DNA of 64,000 nucleotides. Source: Candidatus Obscuribacterales bacterium. GTDB taxonomy: Bacteria > Cyanobacteriota > Vampirovibrionia > Obscuribacterales > Obscuribacteraceae. The position numbers were made by a program, and so were the translations under genes. Where the stretch lies: NCBI GenBank assembly GCA_965228855.1, contig CBDDIJ010000003.1, positions 96,001 through 160,000 on the forward strand, in the 5' to 3' direction. Below the pieces are notes generated by a model, which saw only the letters and a list, made by a program, of their open reading frames with translations, did no database searches and was not told where the DNA came from. Positions 8,640 through 17,796 of this stretch are shown in pieces. How positions within the stretch are numbered: the first letter of the stretch is position 1; each line of letters starts with the position of its first letter.

Positions 8640-9500
8640 GTGCGTCAAATGCCGGATTTCAAGAAACTGTTCAATTTCACTACTCACGATATTCCGAGAC
8701 CGCGCTGGAACGTACTGGACATGATCAATGTCATCAATAAAGGCACCGTGCCAACACTGGTGACCTGTGAGATTGACATGACCTGGGCGGAGAACCTGCG
8801 CTCGGAACTGAAGAAGAACGGCTACAAAACTACAGTTACTGCGATTTTGCTGAAGGCGATCGCGGTCGCACAACGTTCTCACCCGGAAACCCGAACCGCA
8901 AGACTGCCCTGGGGCAGGCTCGTGACCTTCAGAGACATCGTCGCGGGCTTCACCGTCGAGCGTTTCATCGGTTCGCAGCCGGCTGTATTTTTTGGAGCAA
9001 TTGAAAACGCCGACACGAAGCCGGTCACTGACATCGCCAAAGAGCTGAGCGCCTACGCCTCATCTGACGTCGCCAATGTCGACCACCTTGATGTGCAGAA
9101 TCGTTTTAACAACATGCCCTGGCTGTTCAGAAGATTTATTTTGTTCCTCGGCAGGCGCTATCCCGCCATTCGTTTGAAATACATGAATGCAACCTTCGGA
9201 TTGAGCACGCTTGGAAAGTTCGGAGTCCGGATGCTGGTTCCGCCGAACGTGACCACTTCGACATTCGGTGTTGGTGCGGTTGAAGACCGTGCGGTCGTGC
9301 GTGACGGCAAGATTGAAATTCGTCCGATGATGACTCTAGCCCTCAACTTCGACCACACTGTTATCGACGGTGCACCAGCCGCTCGCTTCATGTCTGACAT
9401 CAGGAACTTGATGGAAGGCGGTCTTGAGGACTATCTCAAGAACGAACTCGGTTCGTTTTCCGTGAAGGCGCAAGAGACGATGCCGGCTGCCGCGCAGTAA
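8640..9500 (+). CDS. Stand-alone 2-oxoacid dehydrogenase E2-type acyltransferase catalytic domain protein
   Basis: TFGLSTLG, LALNFDHTVIDGAPAARF (DHxxxDG); no lipoyl or E3-binding domain; GTG start after AGAGGA. Confidence 0.85.
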   Translation: MRQMPDFKKLFNFTTHDIPRPRWNVLDMINVINKGTVPTLVTCEIDMTWAENLRSELKKNGYKTTVTAILLKAIAVAQRSHPETRTARLPWGRLVTFRDIVAGFTVERFIGSQPAVFFGAIENADTKPVTDIAKELSAYASSDVANVDHLDVQNRFNNMPWLFRRFILFLGRRYPAIRLKYMNATFGLSTLGKFGVRMLVPPNVTTSTFGVGAVEDRAVVRDGKIEIRPMMTLALNFDHTVIDGAPAARFMSDIRNLMEGGLEDYLKNELGSFSVKAQETMPAAAQ

Positions 9501-9565
9501 AGAAATCGAACGATTGCCTGCGTGTTGCTAGTATGATGCGTCACCGCATGCGGTGGCAGGTGAAA

Positions 9566-10549
9566 CTAGTCTTTAATGCCGGCTTCTTTCAGTAAACTCT
9601 TGATTCTGTCGATTGAGTCGAGCGCGGCACGCTCTCCGGCTTCAATGGCGTTGACCGCGTCCTTGCTGCTCGTGGACATCAAGCCGATTTGCTCTACCTC
9701 TGGATGAAGAACGATATCGGCCTCCTTCACTTGCTCCTTATCAACATTCTTCAGATGCAAGGTGACGACTCGGTGGCTTACCGTGCCGATCTTCGAAAAT
9801 TCCTTCTCGGGAATTTTTCGCTCTGTATCATCGAGATTGATCGCCACAATGATGTCAGCCCCCATGCTTTTCGCCTCGGATACAGGCAAGTTGTTGACCA
9901 CTCCGCCGTCGACGAAGAGACCGTCATTCAATCGTACCGGTTTTCTGAGAATAGGTAGTGCGCAACTGGCTTGCAGTGCGCTTCCCAGATTGCCGCTTCT
10001 AAGAGTAACCGTCTTACCATCCAACAAATTCAGAGCGACCGCGCCAAACGGGATCTTCAGATCGCTGATGTCTCGCTCTGATTCTGGGACGTATTTGTTT
10101 AAAAACTTGCCGAGCTTATTGCCTGTATATAAGCCGTCATATCCTCGTTTTCCAAACATCCTCGGGATCGAAAACGCAGAGGACGCGAACAATCGAACTT
10201 TGAGTGGGACAGTCAGATACGAGTTCATAAGTGATTTCTTTGTGAACATCTCTTCTAGCGATTGAATAGAAATTCCAGCGCTGTAAAGTCCACCAACAAT
10301 CGCTCCGACGTTAGTCCCGACAATATAATCGGGGTGAATGCCGTTCTGTTCCAGAATCTTCAGAACACCCACATGTGCTGCTCCGCGCGCGCCACCGCCG
10401 CCAAGCACGAGACCCAGCTTTGGCTCATTGGAAGCCGATAGTTTATGTTTGACGTCGTCCGTCTCCTGGGCGAACACAGAACCCGCATTCGTGCCAGACA
10501 ACCACAACGCAAACATGGCTCCGGCAATGAGTGATTTCGACCAGAACAT
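9566..10549 (-). CDS. Patatin-like phospholipase family protein with signal peptide; nucleophile Ser replaced by Asn
   Basis: GGGGARGAAHVG oxyanion loop, GTNVG in place of GxSxG, ASCALP, DGG. Confidence 0.88.
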   Translation of the reverse strand: MFWSKSLIAGAMFALWLSGTNAGSVFAQETDDVKHKLSASNEPKLGLVLGGGGARGAAHVGVLKILEQNGIHPDYIVGTNVGAIVGGLYSAGISIQSLEEMFTKKSLMNSYLTVPLKVRLFASSAFSIPRMFGKRGYDGLYTGNKLGKFLNKYVPESERDISDLKIPFGAVALNLLDGKTVTLRSGNLGSALQASCALPILRKPVRLNDGLFVDGGVVNNLPVSEAKSMGADIIVAINLDDTERKIPEKEFSKIGTVSHRVVTLHLKNVDKEQVKEADIVLHPEVEQIGLMSTSSKDAVNAIEAGERAALDSIDRIKSLLKEAGIKD

Positions 10550-10560
10550 CGCTTCTTACT

Positions 10561-11781
10561 TTACGTCCAGATCCACTGCATACGCGCTGGAACAAACCAG
10601 CCCAGCTTCGAAAGCGCCTCGTCGAGGCTGACATTCTTTTCTTTGCAGAATGCGAGCGCTTTGACCGCTTGATCGGCTGACAAAAATCCCTGTTTGTACA
10701 GCGAGTATGTTCTCAACGCCAGGTAGAGGAACGACTCGCTGATGATGCCGGCGCCCAGAACCTTTTTGCCGACCTTGATAGAACTGTTTTCGCTCGGGTC
10801 CACAATACCGGACATCTTCGATTCGTCGGCGACACCGGAACGCACGAGCAATTCGTACGGGCTCACTGTTTTTTGCGGCGCTTGAGCAGGAGGATCCAAC
10901 TCTGCGACTGCCTGATAAACAGATACTTGCCTGTCCTTTACTTGACGGAGAGCTTCGGCAGCCTGATAAGCTCTGAGCGTCCCGTTGGCTACCATGTCTT
11001 GAAGGACGATTGCCGTCTCGAGCAAGTCGTGTGTGACGAGACCCTGTTCAAGCAGGATCTGACCGAATTGCTTTTCTTTGACAAGCTCGACTTCGAGGCA
11101 TTCAAGCAGATCAGATTCGGAAACAAAGCCCGCCATCGCGATCAACTCGCCGATCTTGGCTGTCTGCCCGCTCTTTTCCACGTAAAGTCCAAGCTCGAAA
11201 AGCGCCTGCTCTACGCTGATTCTTCTGTGACCAACTGCGTTTAGCGCATCCTTGGCTTGCTCCTGCGTGATCTTTCCATCACGAGCTAGAATCAGGGCGT
11301 TCAGCGCCGCTTGCATCATCCAGCTGGAGACGTCGCGGTTCAAAACCAGGATCCTTCCAGTTTGCATTCCTGTATCTTGCGCTTGGGTGACGGCTCTACC
11401 GACCTGTTCCATCGATACCATCGAGCATGACAGCAGCAGGTCAGTGAGCGGTGTAGTAATGGTTGCAACTCGACCAGTTTTTTTATGCACTGAACCCAAG
11501 ACACCGATTGCGTCTTGCAATCCCATGTTGTGCTGGCGCGCCAGTCGAATGGCTCTCACCGCCAGGTCTATGGAAACAGTATTGCTTTGAACAAGTTGAT
11601 GCGCCTCGAGCACGACGCCTAGTGCCGAATCCGGCATCATCTTCAGCATTATCAGTGCTCGTTCCAGCGATACGTTGAGGTTTTTCGCCGTCTTCTTTGC
11701 TTCATCCAACTGCTGCGGGCTGACCAGTCCTGTGCCGAGAACCAGCGTTCCCATCGAGTCGATTGTTTCTTTCCCTAACAT
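10561..11781 (-). CDS. Protein made of four tandem MshEN/T2SSE_N-like repeats, no ATPase domain
   Basis: Repeated xxGxLxxxxGxxxxxxLxxAL motifs, e.g. KIGELIAMAGFVSESDL and FGQILLEQGLVTHDLLETAIVLQ. Confidence 0.65.
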   Translation of the reverse strand: MLGKETIDSMGTLVLGTGLVSPQQLDEAKKTAKNLNVSLERALIMLKMMPDSALGVVLEAHQLVQSNTVSIDLAVRAIRLARQHNMGLQDAIGVLGSVHKKTGRVATITTPLTDLLLSCSMVSMEQVGRAVTQAQDTGMQTGRILVLNRDVSSWMMQAALNALILARDGKITQEQAKDALNAVGHRRISVEQALFELGLYVEKSGQTAKIGELIAMAGFVSESDLLECLEVELVKEKQFGQILLEQGLVTHDLLETAIVLQDMVANGTLRAYQAAEALRQVKDRQVSVYQAVAELDPPAQAPQKTVSPYELLVRSGVADESKMSGIVDPSENSSIKVGKKVLGAGIISESFLYLALRTYSLYKQGFLSADQAVKALAFCKEKNVSLDEALSKLGWFVPARMQWIWT

Positions 11782-12092
11782 TGGCGCCTTTTTTCAATTG
11801 TCGTTCTGCACAAGTTCAGATTGCGGCATTTGCTCTCTGCCTATGTGTAGTGTACCAAGAGATACTGCACCTGAAACCCCAAGTAGTCAACAAATCCATC
11901 AATTTCCGCGATCAGGTTAATTGTGGGTTGATGGGTTTTTTCCGCTGCTTCGTAATTGGTAAAATCTGGGTCTGTCGCCTTTCGGTCAGGACGAAGCTAT
12001 TTGTCAAGCTTTCGTGGGCGATGAACCATTGCGTTCGCTTGTTCGCTCTGGACAGAAACCCTGTTGTTTACTGTTTTTTGAGAGGAAAAACC

Positions 12093-12590
12093 ATGGCTAA
12101 AGCCGCCAAACCAGTTCCGAATGGGTATCACACAATCACCGCCAATTTAATCGTCGATGATGGCGCTCGGGCGTTAAAGTTCTATGCCACTGCATTTGGT
12201 GCTCAATTTGAAGATGAAACCATTTGCGTCTGCCCACAAACCAACAAAATCATGCATGCCGAGCTTAAAATCGGTGATTCGTTTTTGCATCTGGCTGACG
12301 AGTTTCCTCAGATGGGTACGAAGTCTCCAAAGAGCTATGGTGGCACACCGGTGAGCTTGTATCTATACGTCGACGATGTCGACAAATCACTGAAACAAGC
12401 TGTTGATGCCGGCTGTGAGGTTGAGATGCCGGCCACGGATATGTTCTGGGGCGACCGTTTTGCCAGCCTCAAAGATCCATTCGGCCATCAATGGGCGCTT
12501 GCTTCAAGAGTCGAAGATCTGGATCAAACCGAGATCAACAAGCGCAAAGAAGAGTTCTTCAAGCAAACAGCAGCAGCTGGAGCTAAATAG
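12093..12590 (+). CDS. VOC/glyoxalase family protein (PhnB-like)
   Basis: PVPNGYHTIT..IMHAELKIGDS..DMFWGDR..DPFGHQW. Start at ATG 12093 after GAGAGGA rather than the 11763 of the ORF track. Confidence 0.9.
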   Translation: MAKAAKPVPNGYHTITANLIVDDGARALKFYATAFGAQFEDETICVCPQTNKIMHAELKIGDSFLHLADEFPQMGTKSPKSYGGTPVSLYLYVDDVDKSLKQAVDAGCEVEMPATDMFWGDRFASLKDPFGHQWALASRVEDLDQTEINKRKEEFFKQTAAAGAK

Positions 12591-12595
12591 CTGAG

Positions 12596-12622
12596 AGGGG
12601 GCGGACAATGAATCCGCCCCCT
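12596..12622 (+). terminator. GC-rich hairpin (weak terminator or stability element)
   Basis: AGGGGGCGGA-7 nt-TCCGCCCCCT; no clear U-tract. Confidence 0.45.
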
Positions 12623-12655
12623 TCGTCACCATATCCGGTAGCAAAAGAGGAAAGC

Positions 12656-15600
12656 ATGAAAGAGTCCCTGCACGAAAATGGATACTATCGTTATGCCACC
12701 ATCCACAAAGATCGCATAGTTTTCGTTTGCGAAGATGATCTCTGGGAGGTTGGAGTGGAAGGCGGTCACGCAAAACGTTTGTCTGCCGGTAGATCGGAAT
12801 TTTCGATGCCGCGATTTTCGCCGGATGGAAAAAAGATTGCGTTAATCGCCAGAGAGGAGGGGCATCCGGAAGTATTCGTCATGCCTTCCAGCGGTGGCAA
12901 TCCTGTTCGTCTAACCTATTTGGGCTCCGATATTTTGAACATCTCCGGTTGGTCCGAGGACGGAAAGGATATATATTTCGCGTCAGACGCTCGCTCGGCG
13001 TTCTTTCGTGAGGGTGATGCCTTCAAGATCTCAAGCGAAGGTGGTGAGCCGGTTTGTTGGCGCTGGGGTCATGTCAATTCATTCATGATCGGAAAGACTG
13101 GCGAGGTAGTGATCGGACGCAATGCAATCGATCCGGCAAGATGGAAACGCTATCGCGGTGGAACCGCCGGTGACCTCTGGATCGATCCCAATGGCAAAGG
13201 CAAATTCAAACGCCTCATAGACCTGAAGGGTAATCTGGTCTGTCCCATGATCATTGGTTCCAGAGTTTTCTTTCTCTCCGATCACGAAGGGATGGGCAAC
13301 ATTTATTCGTGCCGTCCTGACGGCAAAGATTTGAAGCAACATACGCACCATGAGCAATACTACGTCCGTTTTCCTTCCACCGATGGAACTCGAATTGTTT
13401 ACACAGCCGGTGCAAACATCTATGTGCTTGATCCGAAGACGGGTGAAGACAAACGAATGGATGTGAAAATTCCAACGTCTACACACCAGGTTCGCCGAAA
13501 GTTCAGCGATGGACGCGAGTACCTGGAGCACTTCTCTCCACATCCGGAGGGTCACTCAGTTGCTCTCATCGCACGCGGACAGCCGATAACGATGGGAAAT
13601 TGGGAAGGTCCTCCCACTCAACACGGGGTCGGCTCGGCTGTTCGCTACCGACTGGCTGAGTGGCTGCCTGACGGCAAACAGTTCGTTGTTATCAACGATA
13701 AGGAAGGTTTTGAGCGCGTTGAATTGCATCAAGCCGACCAGAGCAAGGCGCCTGAGATCGTAAGCGCGACCGAGTTCGGCAGAGCAATCAATCTGTTGGT
13801 TTCTCCGAAAGGAGACCGCGTCGCAATTTCAAATCATCGTCACGATTTGTTTGTTCTCGATTTGAAAACTAAGAAACTCAAACTTGTGGACCGCAGCCCT
13901 GCAGACAGAATCAGCGAATTTAGCTGGTCGCCCGATGGTCGCTGGATTGCTTACGCCTATGCACCGCATCCGCAGTCTTCGATAATCAGAATCGCGGATA
14001 TCGATAAAAACTCGATTCACAACGTCACAGATGAGGTTCGCTTCGACACATCGCCGGCATGGGACCCGGATGGTCGATTCCTGTATTTCCTCGGCGCTCG
14101 CGAGTTTTACCCCGTCTATGATTCGGTGCGTTTCGACTATGGTTTTCCAAAGGCGATGAAACCGTATCTGGTGACGCTGCGCAAGGACGTTCCTTCACCA
14201 TTTGTTTTACAACCAAAACCTGTTGTAGCCGGAAAGAAAAAGAAAGCGGGCGCAGAACCTCAGACTAAGCCTGATGGAAAAAACGGCAATTCAGTTAAAA
14301 ACGCCCGTGAGAAAGCTGCCTCCAAAACAGCCGCGAGTGGTCCGGCGCTCGCCACCGCCAAAAATAAAACGGCGTTGAAAAAAATGTACAAGGACGCCCT
14401 GGCGGCTGCATACAAAGAGATTCTAAAAACAGTCGAAAGCGGTGGCACCGTAAATGGTGCGGTATCGAAAAAGGGCGCTCAACAAACGAAGGATGAAAAA
14501 CAATCTCCCTCCGGCTCCAATGTTCAAATCGACTTTGACGGCATCGCTCATCGAATCCTGGCGTTTCCGGTTGCCGAAGGTCGTTACTATCAAATTCTTG
14601 GTGCGGAGAATCGCGCCCTCTTCACCGTCTACGCAGTCGAGGGCATCAAACCAAACTTCAGTTGGTATGACGGCGAGAGCGCCAATGGTTCATTGATGGC
14701 TTACGACTTCGAGGAAGCGCGAGCCGGAACGATTCAAAAAGACATAGGTCACATGGCGCTTGCCTTCGATAATCAAACTCTGTACTACAGAGCTGGACGT
14801 CGCATTCGTGCGATGGATGCCGGAGAAAAACTGCCCGCGGATGGTCGTGAGGCTGGCGCTGCCAGCGGCACCGGAAGAAAGTCCGGCTTCCTCGATTTGT
14901 CTCGCGCTCAAGTGCTGGTGACACCGCAGGATGAGTGGAAGCAGATGTATGAGGAATCCTGGCGACTGCAGAAAGAGCAGTTTTGGGACGAAAAAATGTC
15001 CGACATCGACTGGGATTTAGTCCGCGATCGCTATCTCAAGCTTCTGCCGCGAGTGAGAACTCGAGCGGAAGTTTCCGATCTTATCTGGGAGATGCAAGGC
15101 GAACTTGGTACCTCGCACGCTTATGAACTCGGCGGTGATTACCGTCGCTCTTCCTGGTACGGGATCGGATTTCTCGGATGTGATTTGAGTTTCGACAAAA
15201 CCAAAAAGGGATATCGTATCGATCGCATTTTGCAGGGTGACAGTTGGGATCGTGAAGTTGCATCGCCTCTTGCTCAGCCAGGTTTGAACGTCAAGGTCGG
15301 CGATGTCATTCTTGCGGTAAACGGTACCGCCGTCGATCAGCAAACCTCGGTTCATCAATTGCTGGTCAACCAGTCGAACAAGGAAGTTCGACTGAAAATT
15401 CTTTCGGATAAAAAGGAGCGAACCCTGGTCGTTCAAACGCTGCGCACGGAGCGCAATCTGCGTTACCGTGATTGGGTGGAAGCGAACCGGCGGCACGTGC
15501 ACAAAGCGACCAATGGAAAGATCGGTTACATCCATATCCCCGATATGGGACCGTTTGGATTTGCCGAATTCCATCGAGGTTATCTTTCCGAGGTCAATCG

Positions 15601-16195
15601 CCATGGGTTGATAGTTGACGTTCGATACAATCGCGGCGGTCACGTTTCGCCTTTGTTGCTTGAGAAACTTTTGCGCAAACGCGTGGGCTATGACGTTAGC
15701 AGATGGGGACCTCCACAGCCCTATCCACCGGAATCGGTGATGGGACCGATGGTGGCGATGACGAATCAGTTTGCCGGTTCGGACGGTGACATTTTCAGTC
15801 ACTGTTTCAAGCTTTATAAACTCGGTCCGCTGGTTGGGAAACGCACCTGGGGTGGTGTCATTGGAATTTGGCCTCGGCATCGATTGGTCGATGGAAGTGT
15901 TACAACTCAACCGGAGTTCAGTTTCTGGTTTGTCGACGCCGGATGGGGCGTTGAGAACCATGGAACGGACCCTGATTATGATGTCGACATTGCTCCGCAT
16001 GAATATAACGCCGGTGAAGATCCGCAGATGGCGAAGGCACTAAGTCTGGTGCTCGATCAGATGAAGAAGAAGCCGGTTAAGCTCCCGGATTTTTCGATAA
16101 GACCCAGTCTCCCGATTCCTGAACAGCTGTTGCTCAGCAAATCGAAGTCCGGCAAGGCTGCTTCCAGGACGAAAACACGGAAAAGAGGTAAGTAG
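12656..16195 (+). CDS. tri: Tricorn protease (peptidase S41)
   Basis: WD40-like propellers (FSPDG, WSPDG), WKRYRGG, GELGTSHAY, PDZ, AGSDGDIF catalytic Ser, GKRTWGG, ENHGTDPD. Start at ATG 12656 after GAGGAAAG. Confidence 0.93.
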   Translation: MKESLHENGYYRYATIHKDRIVFVCEDDLWEVGVEGGHAKRLSAGRSEFSMPRFSPDGKKIALIAREEGHPEVFVMPSSGGNPVRLTYLGSDILNISGWSEDGKDIYFASDARSAFFREGDAFKISSEGGEPVCWRWGHVNSFMIGKTGEVVIGRNAIDPARWKRYRGGTAGDLWIDPNGKGKFKRLIDLKGNLVCPMIIGSRVFFLSDHEGMGNIYSCRPDGKDLKQHTHHEQYYVRFPSTDGTRIVYTAGANIYVLDPKTGEDKRMDVKIPTSTHQVRRKFSDGREYLEHFSPHPEGHSVALIARGQPITMGNWEGPPTQHGVGSAVRYRLAEWLPDGKQFVVINDKEGFERVELHQADQSKAPEIVSATEFGRAINLLVSPKGDRVAISNHRHDLFVLDLKTKKLKLVDRSPADRISEFSWSPDGRWIAYAYAPHPQSSIIRIADIDKNSIHNVTDEVRFDTSPAWDPDGRFLYFLGAREFYPVYDSVRFDYGFPKAMKPYLVTLRKDVPSPFVLQPKPVVAGKKKKAGAEPQTKPDGKNGNSVKNAREKAASKTAASGPALATAKNKTALKKMYKDALAAAYKEILKTVESGGTVNGAVSKKGAQQTKDEKQSPSGSNVQIDFDGIAHRILAFPVAEGRYYQILGAENRALFTVYAVEGIKPNFSWYDGESANGSLMAYDFEEARAGTIQKDIGHMALAFDNQTLYYRAGRRIRAMDAGEKLPADGREAGAASGTGRKSGFLDLSRAQVLVTPQDEWKQMYEESWRLQKEQFWDEKMSDIDWDLVRDRYLKLLPRVRTRAEVSDLIWEMQGELGTSHAYELGGDYRRSSWYGIGFLGCDLSFDKTKKGYRIDRILQGDSWDREVASPLAQPGLNVKVGDVILAVNGTAVDQQTSVHQLLVNQSNKEVRLKILSDKKERTLVVQTLRTERNLRYRDWVEANRRHVHKATNGKIGYIHIPDMGPFGFAEFHRGYLSEVNRHGLIVDVRYNRGGHVSPLLLEKLLRKRVGYDVSRWGPPQPYPPESVMGPMVAMTNQFAGSDGDIFSHCFKLYKLGPLVGKRTWGGVIGIWPRHRLVDGSVTTQPEFSFWFVDAGWGVENHGTDPDYDVDIAPHEYNAGEDPQMAKALSLVLDQMKKKPVKLPDFSIRPSLPIPEQLLLSKSKSGKAASRTKTRKRGK

Positions 16196-16783
16196 ATGAA
16201 GGCGTTAAAAGATCGTATTTTGAGAGACGGAAAGCATCTCGGTAACGGAATACTCAAGGTTGACGGCTTCATGAACCACCAGATCGATCCGGTGTTGATG
16301 AAAGAAGTCGGCGAAGAGTTTGCGACTCGGTTTGCGAAAACAGGTGCGACTCGCATTCTCACCGCTGAGACAAGCGGCATCGCTCCTGCTTTGTCAGCAG
16401 GTATGGCTATGAGCATTCCGGTTGTGTTCGCTCGCAAACACAAGCCGAAAACCATGGGCGGTGAGCCGCTTCGTCAGACAGCACCATCGCACACTCACGG
16501 AGGTGAGGTCGAACTGCTGGTGTCTAACGAATACCTCAAGGCGTCCGACAAAGTTTTAATCATCGATGATTTTCTGTCTACTGCAAGAACAATAAATGCG
16601 TTAGTTAAGATGGTCGCCGACAGCGGAGCTGAGCTTGTCGGAATTGGCGCGGTTATCGAGAAAAGTTTTCAGGGAGGCAGAGACGCGATTGGAAAAATTG
16701 ATGTGCCGGTGGTGTCGCTTGCCGTAATCGACAACTTCGACGGAGAAACTATTGTTCTGCGTGAAGACAAAGTGGCGAATTAA
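16196..16783 (+). CDS. xpt: Xanthine phosphoribosyltransferase
   Basis: LKVDGFMNHQID, ETSGIAPA, IIDDFL PRPP-binding loop, IEKSFQGGR. Confidence 0.9.
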   Translation: MKALKDRILRDGKHLGNGILKVDGFMNHQIDPVLMKEVGEEFATRFAKTGATRILTAETSGIAPALSAGMAMSIPVVFARKHKPKTMGGEPLRQTAPSHTHGGEVELLVSNEYLKASDKVLIIDDFLSTARTINALVKMVADSGAELVGIGAVIEKSFQGGRDAIGKIDVPVVSLAVIDNFDGETIVLREDKVAN

Positions 16784-16831
16784 CGCGCTCTCGATTGTTT
16801 TGAAACCCGTTTCCTAACTCGTTTCGCTTGC

Positions 16832-17635
16832 TCAGGTCGCCTGTATGTGAATGGAACTGCCGGTGGTCGGCTGTCCAAACTCTGTGGCTGCGGAGCCACC
16901 GCGCTGGAAAATTTCCCAGAAACGATTATTTTGACCGGAGCTTCCCGGTGCAAATGCCAGGTCGCCCTCCATGATGTTAAAGCTTCCGGTCGCGACCGTC
17001 GCCGTTCTCACAAATCCGCCGATGCGTACTCTCACGCGGTCCCCCGGGCGGAGATCGGAAATCTTCGGGTCGTTTTGACGGATAGTGGTTTTAATGTTTC
17101 CAAATGAATCGATATAACCAATGACGTGGGATGGCGGATCTTCAATTGCAGTAGCCGGATCGAGCTTTTGATCCAGAAAGCTGTAGTCCCCCGCGACAGC
17201 CATTCCTACAATCGGCGGGAAGAAATCGCGAGAGCGGAACTGACTTCCTGCATCCTCGCATTTTGTGCTCCATAGTTCTTGTATGTGGTCTTTGACGAAC
17301 GATAGCGAGAATCCTGAGTTTACGACGACGCATTGCACGCCATTTTTCAGCGTCAGGAAAAGCAGTCCCTCGCCGGCATTATTGACGCGAGCTTTTAAAT
17401 TATCTTTCCTGGGCGCCGTGTTCGCAAACACCAGCAGATCTTTTGGTCTCAAATTTTCGTCCGCCATCGATAGTTGCGCAAGAATAAACCCCGTCGCAAT
17501 CGTGTCGAATGGTCTGACCGAAGTTAGGTGAGTATGCGTCTGAGGCGGCAGGCAGCGGCGAAATGCTGACAAAACTTCAGACCACGCCATGTCTCCAGGT
17601 CCATAATCACAAATAAGATGGATGAGATTACTCAT
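16832..17635 (-). CDS. SAM hydroxide adenosyltransferase / fluorinase-chlorinase (DUF62) superfamily protein, divergent
   Basis: IHLICDYG, NTAPR, SQFRSRD, YIDSFGNIKT, EIFQRGGSAA match the family layout. Confidence 0.75.
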   Translation of the reverse strand: MSNLIHLICDYGPGDMAWSEVLSAFRRCLPPQTHTHLTSVRPFDTIATGFILAQLSMADENLRPKDLLVFANTAPRKDNLKARVNNAGEGLLFLTLKNGVQCVVVNSGFSLSFVKDHIQELWSTKCEDAGSQFRSRDFFPPIVGMAVAGDYSFLDQKLDPATAIEDPPSHVIGYIDSFGNIKTTIRQNDPKISDLRPGDRVRVRIGGFVRTATVATGSFNIMEGDLAFAPGSSGQNNRFWEIFQRGGSAATEFGQPTTGSSIHIQAT

Positions 17636-17796
17636 AACTCGATCGAAGCGATCGCCGGACTCCTTGTTGCTTGGTCAGCTATGATATGCATCAATGCTGC
17701 CGTTTGGTTTGACTAAGCACGTCTGCCATGGATTTTGGGCAGAATCTAACTGTAATTGTTTTTCCCTGAACTGGGAAGTAGAGGTTAAGTTCAATA

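Noticed and set aside
10308..10314. A-to-I editing restoring the patatin Ser (AAC read as AGC)
   Set aside because: The target A sits in AACG, not the UACG context known for TadA; no supporting evidence.
9566..11781. CBASS-like system with a patatin effector
   Set aside because: No CD-NTase or Cap genes; the patatin is exported and lacks the catalytic Ser.
11763..12092. N-terminal extension of the VOC protein
   Set aside because: Overlaps the divergent gene start; RBS and family similarity begin at 12093.
15017..16000. 327-aa minus-strand ORF
   Set aside because: Antisense shadow of the tricorn protease gene.
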